DNA of 63,233 nucleotides, the filler included, from Trichomonas gallinae (taxonomy: Eukaryota), in assembly GCA_008369845.1 (NCBI GenBank). It is 5 parts of 5 records of this genome, joined end to end, with 100 filler letters (N's around TTAATTAATTAA, not from the genome) between each part and the next. Parts side by side here need not be neighbours in the genome. Positions count along the whole stretch, not along the records: positions 48,842 to 56,173 come from MRSU01000386.1; positions 56,274 to 63,233 come from MRSU01000397.1; 3 more parts are not named here. One strand, 5' to 3'. Position 1 is the stretch's first letter, and every line of letters begins with the position of its first letter. This document shows positions 54,456-63,233 of this stretch, piece after piece. The position numbers and the translations under genes were made by a program. Under the pieces are notes generated by a model, which searched no databases, was not told the origin of the DNA, and worked only from the letters and a program-made list of their open reading frames with translations.

Positions 54456-55766
54456 TCATTTGCTATGTAATTTCAACAAATCAATTATTCCTTCATTTCC
54501 TATTTCATTTGCATAATATAATGCTGATTTTCCTGATTCATCTTTGATTTCTGTGTTTGCATTTCTATTTAAGAATAAATCAATCAGATTTTCGTTTTCT
54601 CTAATAACAGCCTTAATTAATGGTGTCTGACCTGATATATTTTGTTTATCTATATTAGCGCCATTATCTAAAAGTAGTTCTGCAACTTCTCTTTCAAGTT
54701 CATCAATCGTCAAAGGAGTTTCTCCATTTCTATTGATAATATTAATATCTGCATGAAATTCGATTAATGTTTTGATTATTTCAGTGCTTCCATTTATGCA
54801 AGCAATTGTTAATGGCGAAACGTCACCTTCCCCGAAGGCATCAATATTCACACCTTTTTCTAGTAAATATTTAACAATATCATTTCTATTATTAATAATT
54901 GAACAGACTAATGGTGATGCTTTAACGCTATTTTTGTTATCAGGATCACAACCATTTTCAATTAGAAGCTTAATGAGTTCAAACTGACCGTCTAATGATG
55001 CAGCAAGAAGAGCATTATCGGAATTTTCATCAACAGTATTTAAGTCTTCTTCCATGAATAATCTATCGAAAAATAAACCGTAGTTCCTTGTGGGTAATAT
55101 ACTCGTCCACCATATACCAAGTCCATATTTTTCATGGAAATAATGAACAATATCATTTTGATGAACAATGGCTGCATATGTTACCGTCCATTGGTTTGGT
55201 TCTATTTTGTACAAGCACATGTTTATTATTTCTTTATTGCCACCTAATATTGCGCACATGAGAGTTTCTGTCCAAATTACTGCATCATTTTCAATTAAAA
55301 ATTTAAAACACTCCAAAGCTCCGTATTTTGCTGCACAATTAAGATAAGTGCTAATTTTATCATGAAATTCGGGGTTTAAAGAACATTGAATAAGCAATTG
55401 AAGATTATCATATTGAATTACTTCTTCTATTGAATTTGGCTCATTAAGATGTTTAATTTCATCAATAGTGAATGGATTAATATATAATTCATTGCATGGA
55501 AAGGAAGAATTATTAATTAAATTGAATTTATTTAATAATTTCATCATCAATCGAATATTAGCCATATATGTTCTATCATTTAGCGATGCATGTTGATCTA
55601 CCATCTTATATATATCTATTATTGACAAACAAGTTTTTTCTAATTTATTTTCGATTTCAGTGAGAACATTTTCAAAACTATCTTCAGTGACATTCCATAC
55701 TACATCTACGAGGTTTATCGTTTCATTGAATTGATCTGGAAGATTCTCTCTATTAAAAGGAATCAC
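54456..55766 (-). CDS. DUF3447/ankyrin-repeat protein, apparent GTG start
   Basis: AAKYGALECFKFL, AILGGNKEII and several ankyrin repeats; first in-frame ATG at codon 55. Confidence 0.85.
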   Translation of the reverse strand: MIPFNRENLPDQFNETINLVDVVWNVTEDSFENVLTEIENKLEKTCLSIIDIYKMVDQHASLNDRTYMANIRLMMKLLNKFNLINNSSFPCNELYINPFTIDEIKHLNEPNSIEEVIQYDNLQLLIQCSLNPEFHDKISTYLNCAAKYGALECFKFLIENDAVIWTETLMCAILGGNKEIINMCLYKIEPNQWTVTYAAIVHQNDIVHYFHEKYGLGIWWTSILPTRNYGLFFDRLFMEEDLNTVDENSDNALLAASLDGQFELIKLLIENGCDPDNKNSVKASPLVCSIINNRNDIVKYLLEKGVNIDAFGEGDVSPLTIACINGSTEIIKTLIEFHADINIINRNGETPLTIDELEREVAELLLDNGANIDKQNISGQTPLIKAVIRENENLIDLFLNRNANTEIKDESGKSALYYANEIGNEGIIDLLKLHSK

Positions 55767-56173
55767 GAGTTCTTGTAAAAATGAAATGACAATCTTTGCA
55801 TTTTTGTCAATTTACATGACAAAAATTAAATTTAGTACACTCTCATTAACACACATGTTTATGTCGTCATATGATCTCAGATTATTTAATATGGAGCAAT
55901 ATAGAGAATTAATTAAAACAAAAAAAATACAATCAACTGTCATGGTATTAATTTGTTATTAATATGTAATCATATACATACTATGTTAATTTTATTAACC
56001 AAGTAGCCTTAGTAAAGAAAAGAAAACTTCACATATTTCTAACTTTCGCTTGCAAGTATACTAGTATACATAATTTGAATTATAATGATGTAGCATATTC
56101 TAATGGCAAAAGGATCAATTTAGAAAAAAAAGTTGATTTCAACAAAAAAAAAAAAAAAAAAAAAAAAATAAAA

Positions 56174-56273
56174 NNNNNNNNNNNNNNNNNNNNNNNNNNN
56201 NNNNNNNNNNNNNNNNNTTAATTAATTAANNNNNNNNNNNNNNNNNNNNNNNNNNNNNNNNNNNNNNNNNNNN
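56174..56273. other. Artificial contig linker
   Basis: N44-TTAATTAATTAA-N44. Confidence 0.98.
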
Positions 56274-56368
56274 ATTCGATCCTTATAATGCTTCTCGATG
56301 AGCTTCTTCAGCTTCTCATCATCCTTCTCTGTAAACATGTTGTGCTTCTTTGATGACATCTGCTGCAT
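56274..56368 (-). CDS. 5' fragment of a Myb-like DNA-binding protein (truncated by the linker)
   Basis: MQQMSSKKHNMFTEKDDEKLKKLIEKH matches the start of a trichomonad Myb repeat (FT.EED..L..LV). Confidence 0.65.
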
Positions 56369-58354
56369 GATAAATAAACAAAAAAACTGATTTTTGCTAA
56401 TCAAAATTGAAAAGTGGATTTTTACTTCGGAAATTATATTCATTATAATATGATGAATCATTTTTATTACACAAATTTAAGTATTTTTTTTTTTTTTTTT
56501 CATTTTATTTTTAAATGAAAAACATCAAAAAAATCACCTGCATACCATGACTGATCAATTATGTGATTCTCAACGTGCAAAAAAACCTCTCCGACACGCC
56601 CCAGAAATTGCATCATTTTGACTAATGCATTACGAAGGGACAACAAAAAAGAGTCTTTGCCATTATTTATTTAGCTCTCAAAAAATTTACGACTATATTT
56701 CGCAGAATCAATTTGAGATGTCCGTAAAATTATATACGAACACTTTTATATATTTTTGAATGACTCTCAAGTTTTTGTATGATCTACGATATCAAACATG
56801 GAAATGATAGTTTAAAAATATTGTAATTGACCTATATAACCAATATATAAAAATCAAATTTTGAATGTAAAAGGATTTTCATCGATAATTTTCAATTCAA
56901 AAGGAAAAAAAATTGTATGGTTTGCGTTGCTTCCCACAAATATATTTATTGCCTTGAGGTTTATGTTGTTTTTGCTGTTTAACATGAATCAATCAAAAAG
57001 TCGTAACAACACGAGACACCTTTAATTGCAATAAAAATATGCCAAATCAAAAATGTGTTACGGAATAACCAAATAAATCAGAAATTTCATTCCGATTATT
57101 TTTTTCAATATCATTTTATCACAGTTTGAGTTAAATTTTTATTTATACTGTATTATATCGATTGAGCTGTTGTATTACTATTAGACACCGTTAGTTTCCA
57201 TTAGTTTTGATCAATTTTAACTTTTTTTTGGAAAAATCAATATACAAAAATCGTGCTATGATTATACATAGCGCTGAGCTGCATAAGAAATGATTTTTTC
57301 GAATTTCTTATGAAATTTAAAAATTGATAATATTATGTCATTTCGAATCATGTTTACTATGCATTTGTGTGGTCAACGAATATATTTCCTCGTTTTGCAA
57401 ATATTCAACAGGTGTTTTAGACAAATTAAGGCATTTTCAGAGACACATTCAAAAATTGTGAATTAAATATAAAAGATATGAACCTTTCAAAATTATTATG
57501 GCCTTAAAACCGGCTCACGGTATATAACTATTATTATCTCATTAGCTATTTTAAAAATAACATCAAAAATTTACCAGCTTATATTTTTCAATGATTTGCT
57601 TTTATCTCGATTACAAAAATATTTTTTCGATTTGGCACACGCGCCACAAAAGTGCGCCAAACGAGATCCCTAATCCACATGTTAATTTTTGGTTTAAAAT
57701 AAAAAAAAACGATTTTTTTGAATAATTATATTATTATTGATGATATTTTTAAGACTTTAACGATGTAATTCGTTTATTTATGGTGTGTAATCATTTTAAA
57801 AATGCTATTCCACACCATTTCAAGCAAAATTAATTTCGCTATTTTGAACGGATTTTGTACAGACAACGAAGATATATACAACTAATAGTACTTTTTGACT
57901 TTATTTATGATGTGTAATATCATATATTTATTTATTGTGTGCAACGAATTACCATATTTATTTTAGAAATGCTAATGCAAATGTTGGAGATGCAATAAAA
58001 GTAATTTTAAATCAAAATTAAATGTCCTCCTGTTTGCAATTCCAACTTTTGCTATTTGCTAAATCATGCAAAATAATACTAATTTTTATTATATATGGAG
58101 CAATTGAAAGTATATATTTCATAGTAATAATTGACTTGCTCCTCATTAATCATGTTATTACGCATATTCGAATGAATTTTTTTGTAATTGCAGTAATTCA
58201 TTATTATAAGTTCCTCTGTGTTCATATAATCACCTGTTGGGTATATATTGATGCATTTACTAGTTATCTATCCAAAAAAAATAGTATTATTGTCATGTAA
58301 AATGTATTTGACCTGTAAAATAGAATTGACATGTAAATGACAAAAAAATATATA

Positions 58355-59386
58355 ATGGAAAGAAAACAAATTGGAACTCCAACATATTTATATTATTGTG
58401 GTACATTCCAGCTCCTTAATACTGCATCCATTGGTAATTTCAGCACGCCTAACCTTCAATGCTTAGAAGACGCGTCTTTATCAATTTATGATATTGATTA
58501 CGTGAATTCCAATGGAAATAATACGTGTGTTGGCCTTAAAAGTCACAAAGCATATCGTTGGAGCACATATAGAGAGAAACGCGATGCAACTAGTTATCAT
58601 TTTCTTGATAACAATAATAAAGTTGTTATCGGAAATAATGGTATATTAGATTTAAAGCTCGATGGAACAGTTAACTATGTCTCGTTATCAAATATTCAGG
58701 TTCCCATTGATACATCCATCAAATATTCAGACGTCTTCGCAAATAATTACAAATACTGCCTCGTTGATACAAATAAGACAATCCACGTGTATACAGAAAG
58801 AGGTGACGTATTCGAATTTCAACTTACTGCAGGCGAACCAAAAATTGTTTGTCCAACTTTAAATACAGTTGGTGTATTAACGACAGACTACAGATTTATC
58901 ATTTATTTAGATAATTCCAATGATTTTTACGAATTCAAAGATATCATTCACGTTGCATCTTCAGAAGATAGATTTATTGCAATAACAGCAAAATCATTTG
59001 TTTTCGAAATATACGAAAATGGAACGAAAAAGCAGATATTCGGATTCAAAGGAACACCTATAAGTGCGTTTTGTGGAATTCGTCATTATGGAGTTTTAAC
59101 ATATCAAGGAGACGCTTTCCTATGGGGCTGGGGTTTGTCAGGACAACTTGGAAACGGTGTATGCATGAACAGCGATCATCCAGTCAAAGCAAAATTTGAT
59201 GATTCACTGAGAATTGTTGCTGCTGACGGAGGAGCTGAACACACAGTTTTCCTTGCTGTCAAAGAGATGGCCTTCACTCCAATGCTGCCACCTGTTATGC
59301 TAAATTCATCTTATATTCAAACAATTCGCACAATAATGAATATTGATGGTGCAATGAATCCTGATAACAAAGATGTCAAATGTTGA
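58355..59386 (+). CDS. RCC1/BLIP-II-like beta-propeller protein
   Basis: CGIRH..L...G..FLWG.G..GQLG.G...P.......GGAEHTVFL repeat. Confidence 0.8.
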   Translation: MERKQIGTPTYLYYCGTFQLLNTASIGNFSTPNLQCLEDASLSIYDIDYVNSNGNNTCVGLKSHKAYRWSTYREKRDATSYHFLDNNNKVVIGNNGILDLKLDGTVNYVSLSNIQVPIDTSIKYSDVFANNYKYCLVDTNKTIHVYTERGDVFEFQLTAGEPKIVCPTLNTVGVLTTDYRFIIYLDNSNDFYEFKDIIHVASSEDRFIAITAKSFVFEIYENGTKKQIFGFKGTPISAFCGIRHYGVLTYQGDAFLWGWGLSGQLGNGVCMNSDHPVKAKFDDSLRIVAADGGAEHTVFLAVKEMAFTPMLPPVMLNSSYIQTIRTIMNIDGAMNPDNKDVKC

Positions 59387-59915
59387 TAACTGTTTTTAAT
59401 TTAAATTTGTATATGTATATTTTTCAAATTATATTTCTTTTAATACGAATTCGATTGAATCAAATATATCAATATGTGCCTTTACAAATTGGAATAATGA
59501 TATACATGATATTCAAAAAATTATAATCAATATTTTAACAAATTATCTTTAATAATAATGTTTCAAATATTAATAAATCAATACTTTGTAGACTCTATTT
59601 TATATATGATAAAGCTAATAAGTCCGAAAATTTATATTAAAGAAGTTTGCCAATAAAAAACTAGTACGTGAAATAAGGTTAAAAATTATATATAAAATAA
59701 AGTATTTGGTTCGAAATTTAAATCATGAAAATAGAATATATAACATAAATATTCATTATTTCCGACAAAAAATATGAAAAATAATGAGTATTTTTCAAAA
59801 TAAATTTAAAACTTTGTTATTTTGTTCTAAATATAAAAATTTAGCGAGAAATATAATATTCTAAGCTCAAAAACGAAATATCTCAAGTTCTAAAAATGGT
59901 AGCGGTTCTCAAAAA

Positions 59916-60368
59916 ATGTTTTTCCTTCTTGCGTTCAAGTCTCTCAGCAAGGAATCCCTAGTTCTTGACGAAGTTTCCCACGAATACGTTATTCCATGCA
60001 CTAGCTCGTTGGAGGTCGATGTCCCAGCTGCTAAGCATGTCTTTCTTGACATTTTTGCATCAGATAAAGGCGTCACAGCAACAAAGCAAACAGTTACTGG
60101 CACAAAGGCAGAAGACCTCAACTTGGGCTTAGAACAGAAAGATGACTACTATAGGGGCAAAATTGATTTAGCTTCAGAACCAATGACACTTACATTCAAG
60201 TGCCCAGCTGAAAGTCAGACTGCTACAATTGCACTTCGTGGTACTCAGAATGTTACATCCGATTCTTCACTTTACGCTCTTATTATTTCCGCGATTATCT
60301 TAATGGCCCTTTCCATGGTGATCATTTTCTTCCAGTTCTGCACATTCCACCACAAGAAGCTTGATTAA
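59916..60368 (+). CDS. Small type I membrane protein with C-terminal KKxx ER-retrieval signal
   Basis: Signal MFFLLAF, TM near the C-terminus, ends HHKKLD; stop TAAA. Confidence 0.8.
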   Translation: MFFLLAFKSLSKESLVLDEVSHEYVIPCTSSLEVDVPAAKHVFLDIFASDKGVTATKQTVTGTKAEDLNLGLEQKDDYYRGKIDLASEPMTLTFKCPAESQTATIALRGTQNVTSDSSLYALIISAIILMALSMVIIFFQFCTFHHKKLD

Positions 60369-60932
60369 AAAATATATGATACGATTTATTCTTAAAATTT
60401 AAAAATTATCTTGATATACTTTATTTATCCAAATTTTTACTTCGAAATGACTTTAACAAGGCTAGGGCTAAAATCCAATGAGCTCAGAACTCACTCATTG
60501 CCAAGAAAAATAAGTATGACATGTCATTTAATAGACAAAAATTATTAAATTTTATTATAGTTTTGTTCGATTTTCGTTAAATAAAAGAAATTTCAAAAAA
60601 CTAAATTTTGTAAAATATTATATATTTATTTTAAACCATATTTCACGCGAAATTTTGAGCTTTTATGCAATTTCATTATTTTAATTTAAATTTGCGTTTT
60701 GGATGAATATCTTTAAGAATTTATATTCAGAAACAACTTTTAAAACTAGTTCTAAATATCTTGATTATTTTAAAATTATGACACGTAAAATGATTTTTTG
60801 ACATCGTAAAATTATTTCTCTAATGGATAAATATCTTAGTTGTTCATAAACGAACAACATAAGAACTTAAATCCAATCCAATTCAATGACATAAATCATT
60901 ATCAACGATATTATCTAATTTAGCTCGAATTA

Positions 60933-61532
60933 ATGAAATATTTAATGCAAAAAATAGCCAATTTACATAAAAATGATATCTCCAAGTATATTGTGGGCCA
61001 CTATGCTATTGACCAATATCAAAAAACAGAAAATTATTATGAATTTGGTAAATTATATTATACCGGATTTACTGATGTTATAAATAAATCAATAATTTGG
61101 TATTTTCCATTCAATGAATTACGGCCCAACGAATTGATCTATAATTTACCCGAAGATATCTATCCTACTTCATGGTGTTTGCTTGGATCTAATGATGGTA
61201 GTAATTGGACTGAGTTAATTTACTCTAATACATCAATGTGCCCTGAAAGTTGGCAATATCCTGTTTATGACAAAGGAAATTTGATAAAATATTACTGCCA
61301 TAGGGGAATTGCAATTTTCCCATTTGAGAATACAAAGCCATATAAATACCTAAAATATATCCAATATAAAAACTCGATGGTAAAACAAACTGGTGATAGA
61401 TTTTCGATTATTAATTATGGGGTTGATTTCGGTGGAGTTTTTACCACAGATTATTATGTATGCTCCTGCTATAATCTTTATACATCAATGCATTTGACTT
61501 CTCTTAGTCTTTATTGCTTGATTGTATTATAA
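60933..61532 (+). CDS. F5/8 type C-like trichomonad family protein; 5' end uncertain
   Basis: YPTSW.LLGSNDGSNW, YKYLKYIQ, VDFGG, hydrophobic C-terminus. Confidence 0.65.
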   Translation: MKYLMQKIANLHKNDISKYIVGHYAIDQYQKTENYYEFGKLYYTGFTDVINKSIIWYFPFNELRPNELIYNLPEDIYPTSWCLLGSNDGSNWTELIYSNTSMCPESWQYPVYDKGNLIKYYCHRGIAIFPFENTKPYKYLKYIQYKNSMVKQTGDRFSIINYGVDFGGVFTTDYYVCSCYNLYTSMHLTSLSLYCLIVL

Positions 61533-61732
61533 GAGTAAGTTTTTTATAAATAAACAACATATGTCACCTACCATTTTTATCATTGATATTGATAAAAGTT
61601 AAACAAATTGCAAAATCGATCTTCTTATCCTGCACATAAACGAAATTAAATTGAATATGCTTAGTTACATAGATAAAAATTGTTAAATTAGAAATTAAAT
61701 TTAGTTTAAGTCAAATTGCTTGTTTTCGTAAT

Positions 61733-62893
61733 TTACTCAGCTTTGATGTCTGTTCCGAAGAGAAGCTTAAGGTTTGGTGGGATGCAGTTCGTGTTGAAGA
61801 TTGTTACATCTCTATTGCTGTATTCTGGTGACTCAGACATGTATTTAACAGCAGCATCCTGATCAGCCTTCTCAATTGGGTCTGCTGGTAAAACAGAAGA
61901 CATGTAAAGGTAAAGAGCTGTATCCGAGCAATCGACAATTGCGCCACCTTTCTTTGGTAAAACATCGACAGATAACTTACCAGAAGCGCATTCTATTGTT
62001 GATGTCTTTCCATCCTCAAAGACAACGATATGGAGCTTAACTTTGAAGAAGTTGTTTTCGAAGAATAATTCATCACCTGCCTTTACTGATGCCTGGATTT
62101 GATCGATGTGGCCACCAATTGTCTTGATCATCTTGTTGAATTCATATCCGTTTGTTGTTCTCTTAACGTGGAAGACAGATGCTGATGGATATTCATTAGA
62201 ATATGCTGAAAGAAGTTTCTCACCGAGTGCTTCAAGGGCAGCTGGACAATCTTTTCCGACAAAAAGATATAATGAATTGTCTTCGCATTTGTGTGTGTCA
62301 TAGATGAATGCTCCACTGTGTGAGAGTTCAGATGACTTGGCTGGAACATAGACTGCAATTGGACGAGTCCTTCCGTGGACTGAAATTAATTGATCTAAGT
62401 ACATGTAATTGATCGTGCGGATCTTACCGAAGGAAAGGTCTGTGATTCTTGTGGATATTGTGTTGACAGCAGTGTTCCATGCTTGTTTCTCTGCTTCATA
62501 TTTTTCAGAAATTCTCTTCTTTTCTTCTTCAGCTTCTCTTGCGCGCTTAGCGATTTCTTCCTTCTCCTGACGCTCAGCAGCTGCTTTCTCTTCAGCTTCA
62601 ATTCTGCTCTTTTGTTCCTCAGAAAGATGCTGATTAATTATTGCAATCTTATCAGCCTTTTTATGTAACTTTCTGTTCAACTCTTCTATCTGCTCGCGAA
62701 GTTTAGCATTCTCAGCCTCCAAATCATCAACGTTTTCAAAATCGGTCAATCCTCTTTCCTTAACTACTATTTCCTCTTCTTCTTCCTCTTTTTCTTCTGG
62801 CTCCACGTCAGCGACCTTCCTCATCACTGCGAGGAGGAGCAGGAAGAAGTCGATGATCATAAGGAGAACGTAAACTAGGTTTCCTTCACCCAT
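61733..62893 (-). CDS. N-terminally membrane-anchored coiled-coil protein with two gelsolin/villin-like repeats
   Basis: TM LVYVLLMIIDFFLLLLAVM; EK-rich coil; SELSHSGAFIYDT..LYLFVGKDC and LPKKGGAIVDCSDTALYLYM. Confidence 0.7.
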   Translation of the reverse strand: MGEGNLVYVLLMIIDFFLLLLAVMRKVADVEPEEKEEEEEEIVVKERGLTDFENVDDLEAENAKLREQIEELNRKLHKKADKIAIINQHLSEEQKSRIEAEEKAAAERQEKEEIAKRAREAEEEKKRISEKYEAEKQAWNTAVNTISTRITDLSFGKIRTINYMYLDQLISVHGRTRPIAVYVPAKSSELSHSGAFIYDTHKCEDNSLYLFVGKDCPAALEALGEKLLSAYSNEYPSASVFHVKRTTNGYEFNKMIKTIGGHIDQIQASVKAGDELFFENNFFKVKLHIVVFEDGKTSTIECASGKLSVDVLPKKGGAIVDCSDTALYLYMSSVLPADPIEKADQDAAVKYMSESPEYSNRDVTIFNTNCIPPNLKLLFGTDIKAE

Positions 62894-63067
62894 TTTTATT
62901 TGTTTATCGAATTTTATTTTTTTACGTCAACAATTTTTTTTGATCAATCGATTTCGAATTTTTCTACGCTAATTCATTATAAAACACCATTTGCTTTCAT
63001 TATTTTTGATTGTTTTCTCAAATTAAGCCTGTGAAAAGTTTGATCAACATATACCGAAATTTTGACA

Positions 63068-63233
63068 CTTTATTTGGCAAATTTCATTTTTATTTGACAA
63101 ATTTCTAATCTTTATTTGGCAAATTTCATTTTTATTTGACAAAATTCTAATCTTTATTTGGCAAATTTCATTTTTATTTGACAAAATTCTATTCTTTATT
63201 TGGCAAATTTCATTTTTATTTGACAAATTTCTA
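63068..63233. repeat. 42-nt minisatellite, ~4 copies, running off the window edge
   Basis: Unit CTTTATTTGGCAAATTTCATTTTTATTTGACAAA(T/A)TTCTA(A/T)T, itself two ~21-nt halves. Confidence 0.95.

Noticed and set aside
55843..55857. ATTAACACACATG resembling the intron 3' consensus ACTAACACACAG
   Set aside because: Lacks the terminal AG, is intergenic and has no matching 5' splice site.
56144..56173. Poly(A) run as a retroposon tail
   Set aside because: No element body or target duplication is visible; similar homopolymers occur near 49856 and 56484.
27904..56273. Repeated N-TTAATTAATTAA-N blocks as a biological repeat
   Set aside because: Four identical 100-nt artificial linkers; ORFs running into them and synteny across them are artefacts.
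63044..63226. 60-aa repetitive ORF (LSNKNEICQIKIRI)n
   Set aside because: By-product of a 42-nt minisatellite; no ATG start.
37544..63233. CRISPR-like interpretation of the tandem repeats at 37544 and 63068
   Set aside because: No unique spacers, no cas genes, eukaryotic context.
1..63233. Alternative genetic code (stop reassignment) as the explanation for in-frame stops
   Set aside because: TAA, TGA and TAG all terminate ordinary genes here, long ORFs have no internal stops, and both tRNAs carry standard anticodons.

Overview
AT-rich, gene-dense, essentially intron-less eukaryotic DNA from a trichomonad parabasalid (Trichomonas vaginalis or a close relative). The assignment rests on TCA(T/C)TT initiator elements just before ATGs, TAA(A) stop/poly(A) signals, a hydrogenosomal IscA, a BspA-like protein, a PAS transmembrane adenylyl cyclase, DUF3447-ankyrin proteins and Gly-rich/beta-helix families. 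The window is five contigs joined by artificial 100-nt N44-TTAATTAATTAA-N44 linkers, so adjacency across linkers is not evidence of linkage. It holds about 35 protein genes (Ada2, Erv46-like, Rab, Aha1-N, Pol5/MYBBP1A-like, CARMIL-like, VPS9, MFS, DnaJ-B, Dbf4-like, IscA, RCC1, gelsolin-like and others) and 2 tRNAs (Gln-CTG, Lys-CTT). Most notable observations: (1) several expanded-family genes whose conserved N-terminal coding region lies upstream of the first usable ATG (ATG-AAG-TGA start, GTG starts, a 5' frameshift); (2) a recurrent upstream motif TTTAC(A/G)TG(T/A/C)CA that is locally amplified into arrays, with a related minisatellite; (3) a ~110-bp MITE-like element and TTAA-GGGT transposon-end-like sequences; (4) a three-motif Dbf4-like gene; (5) a membrane-anchored gelsolin-like protein. 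All protein calls are by eye from motifs; no database searches were run.
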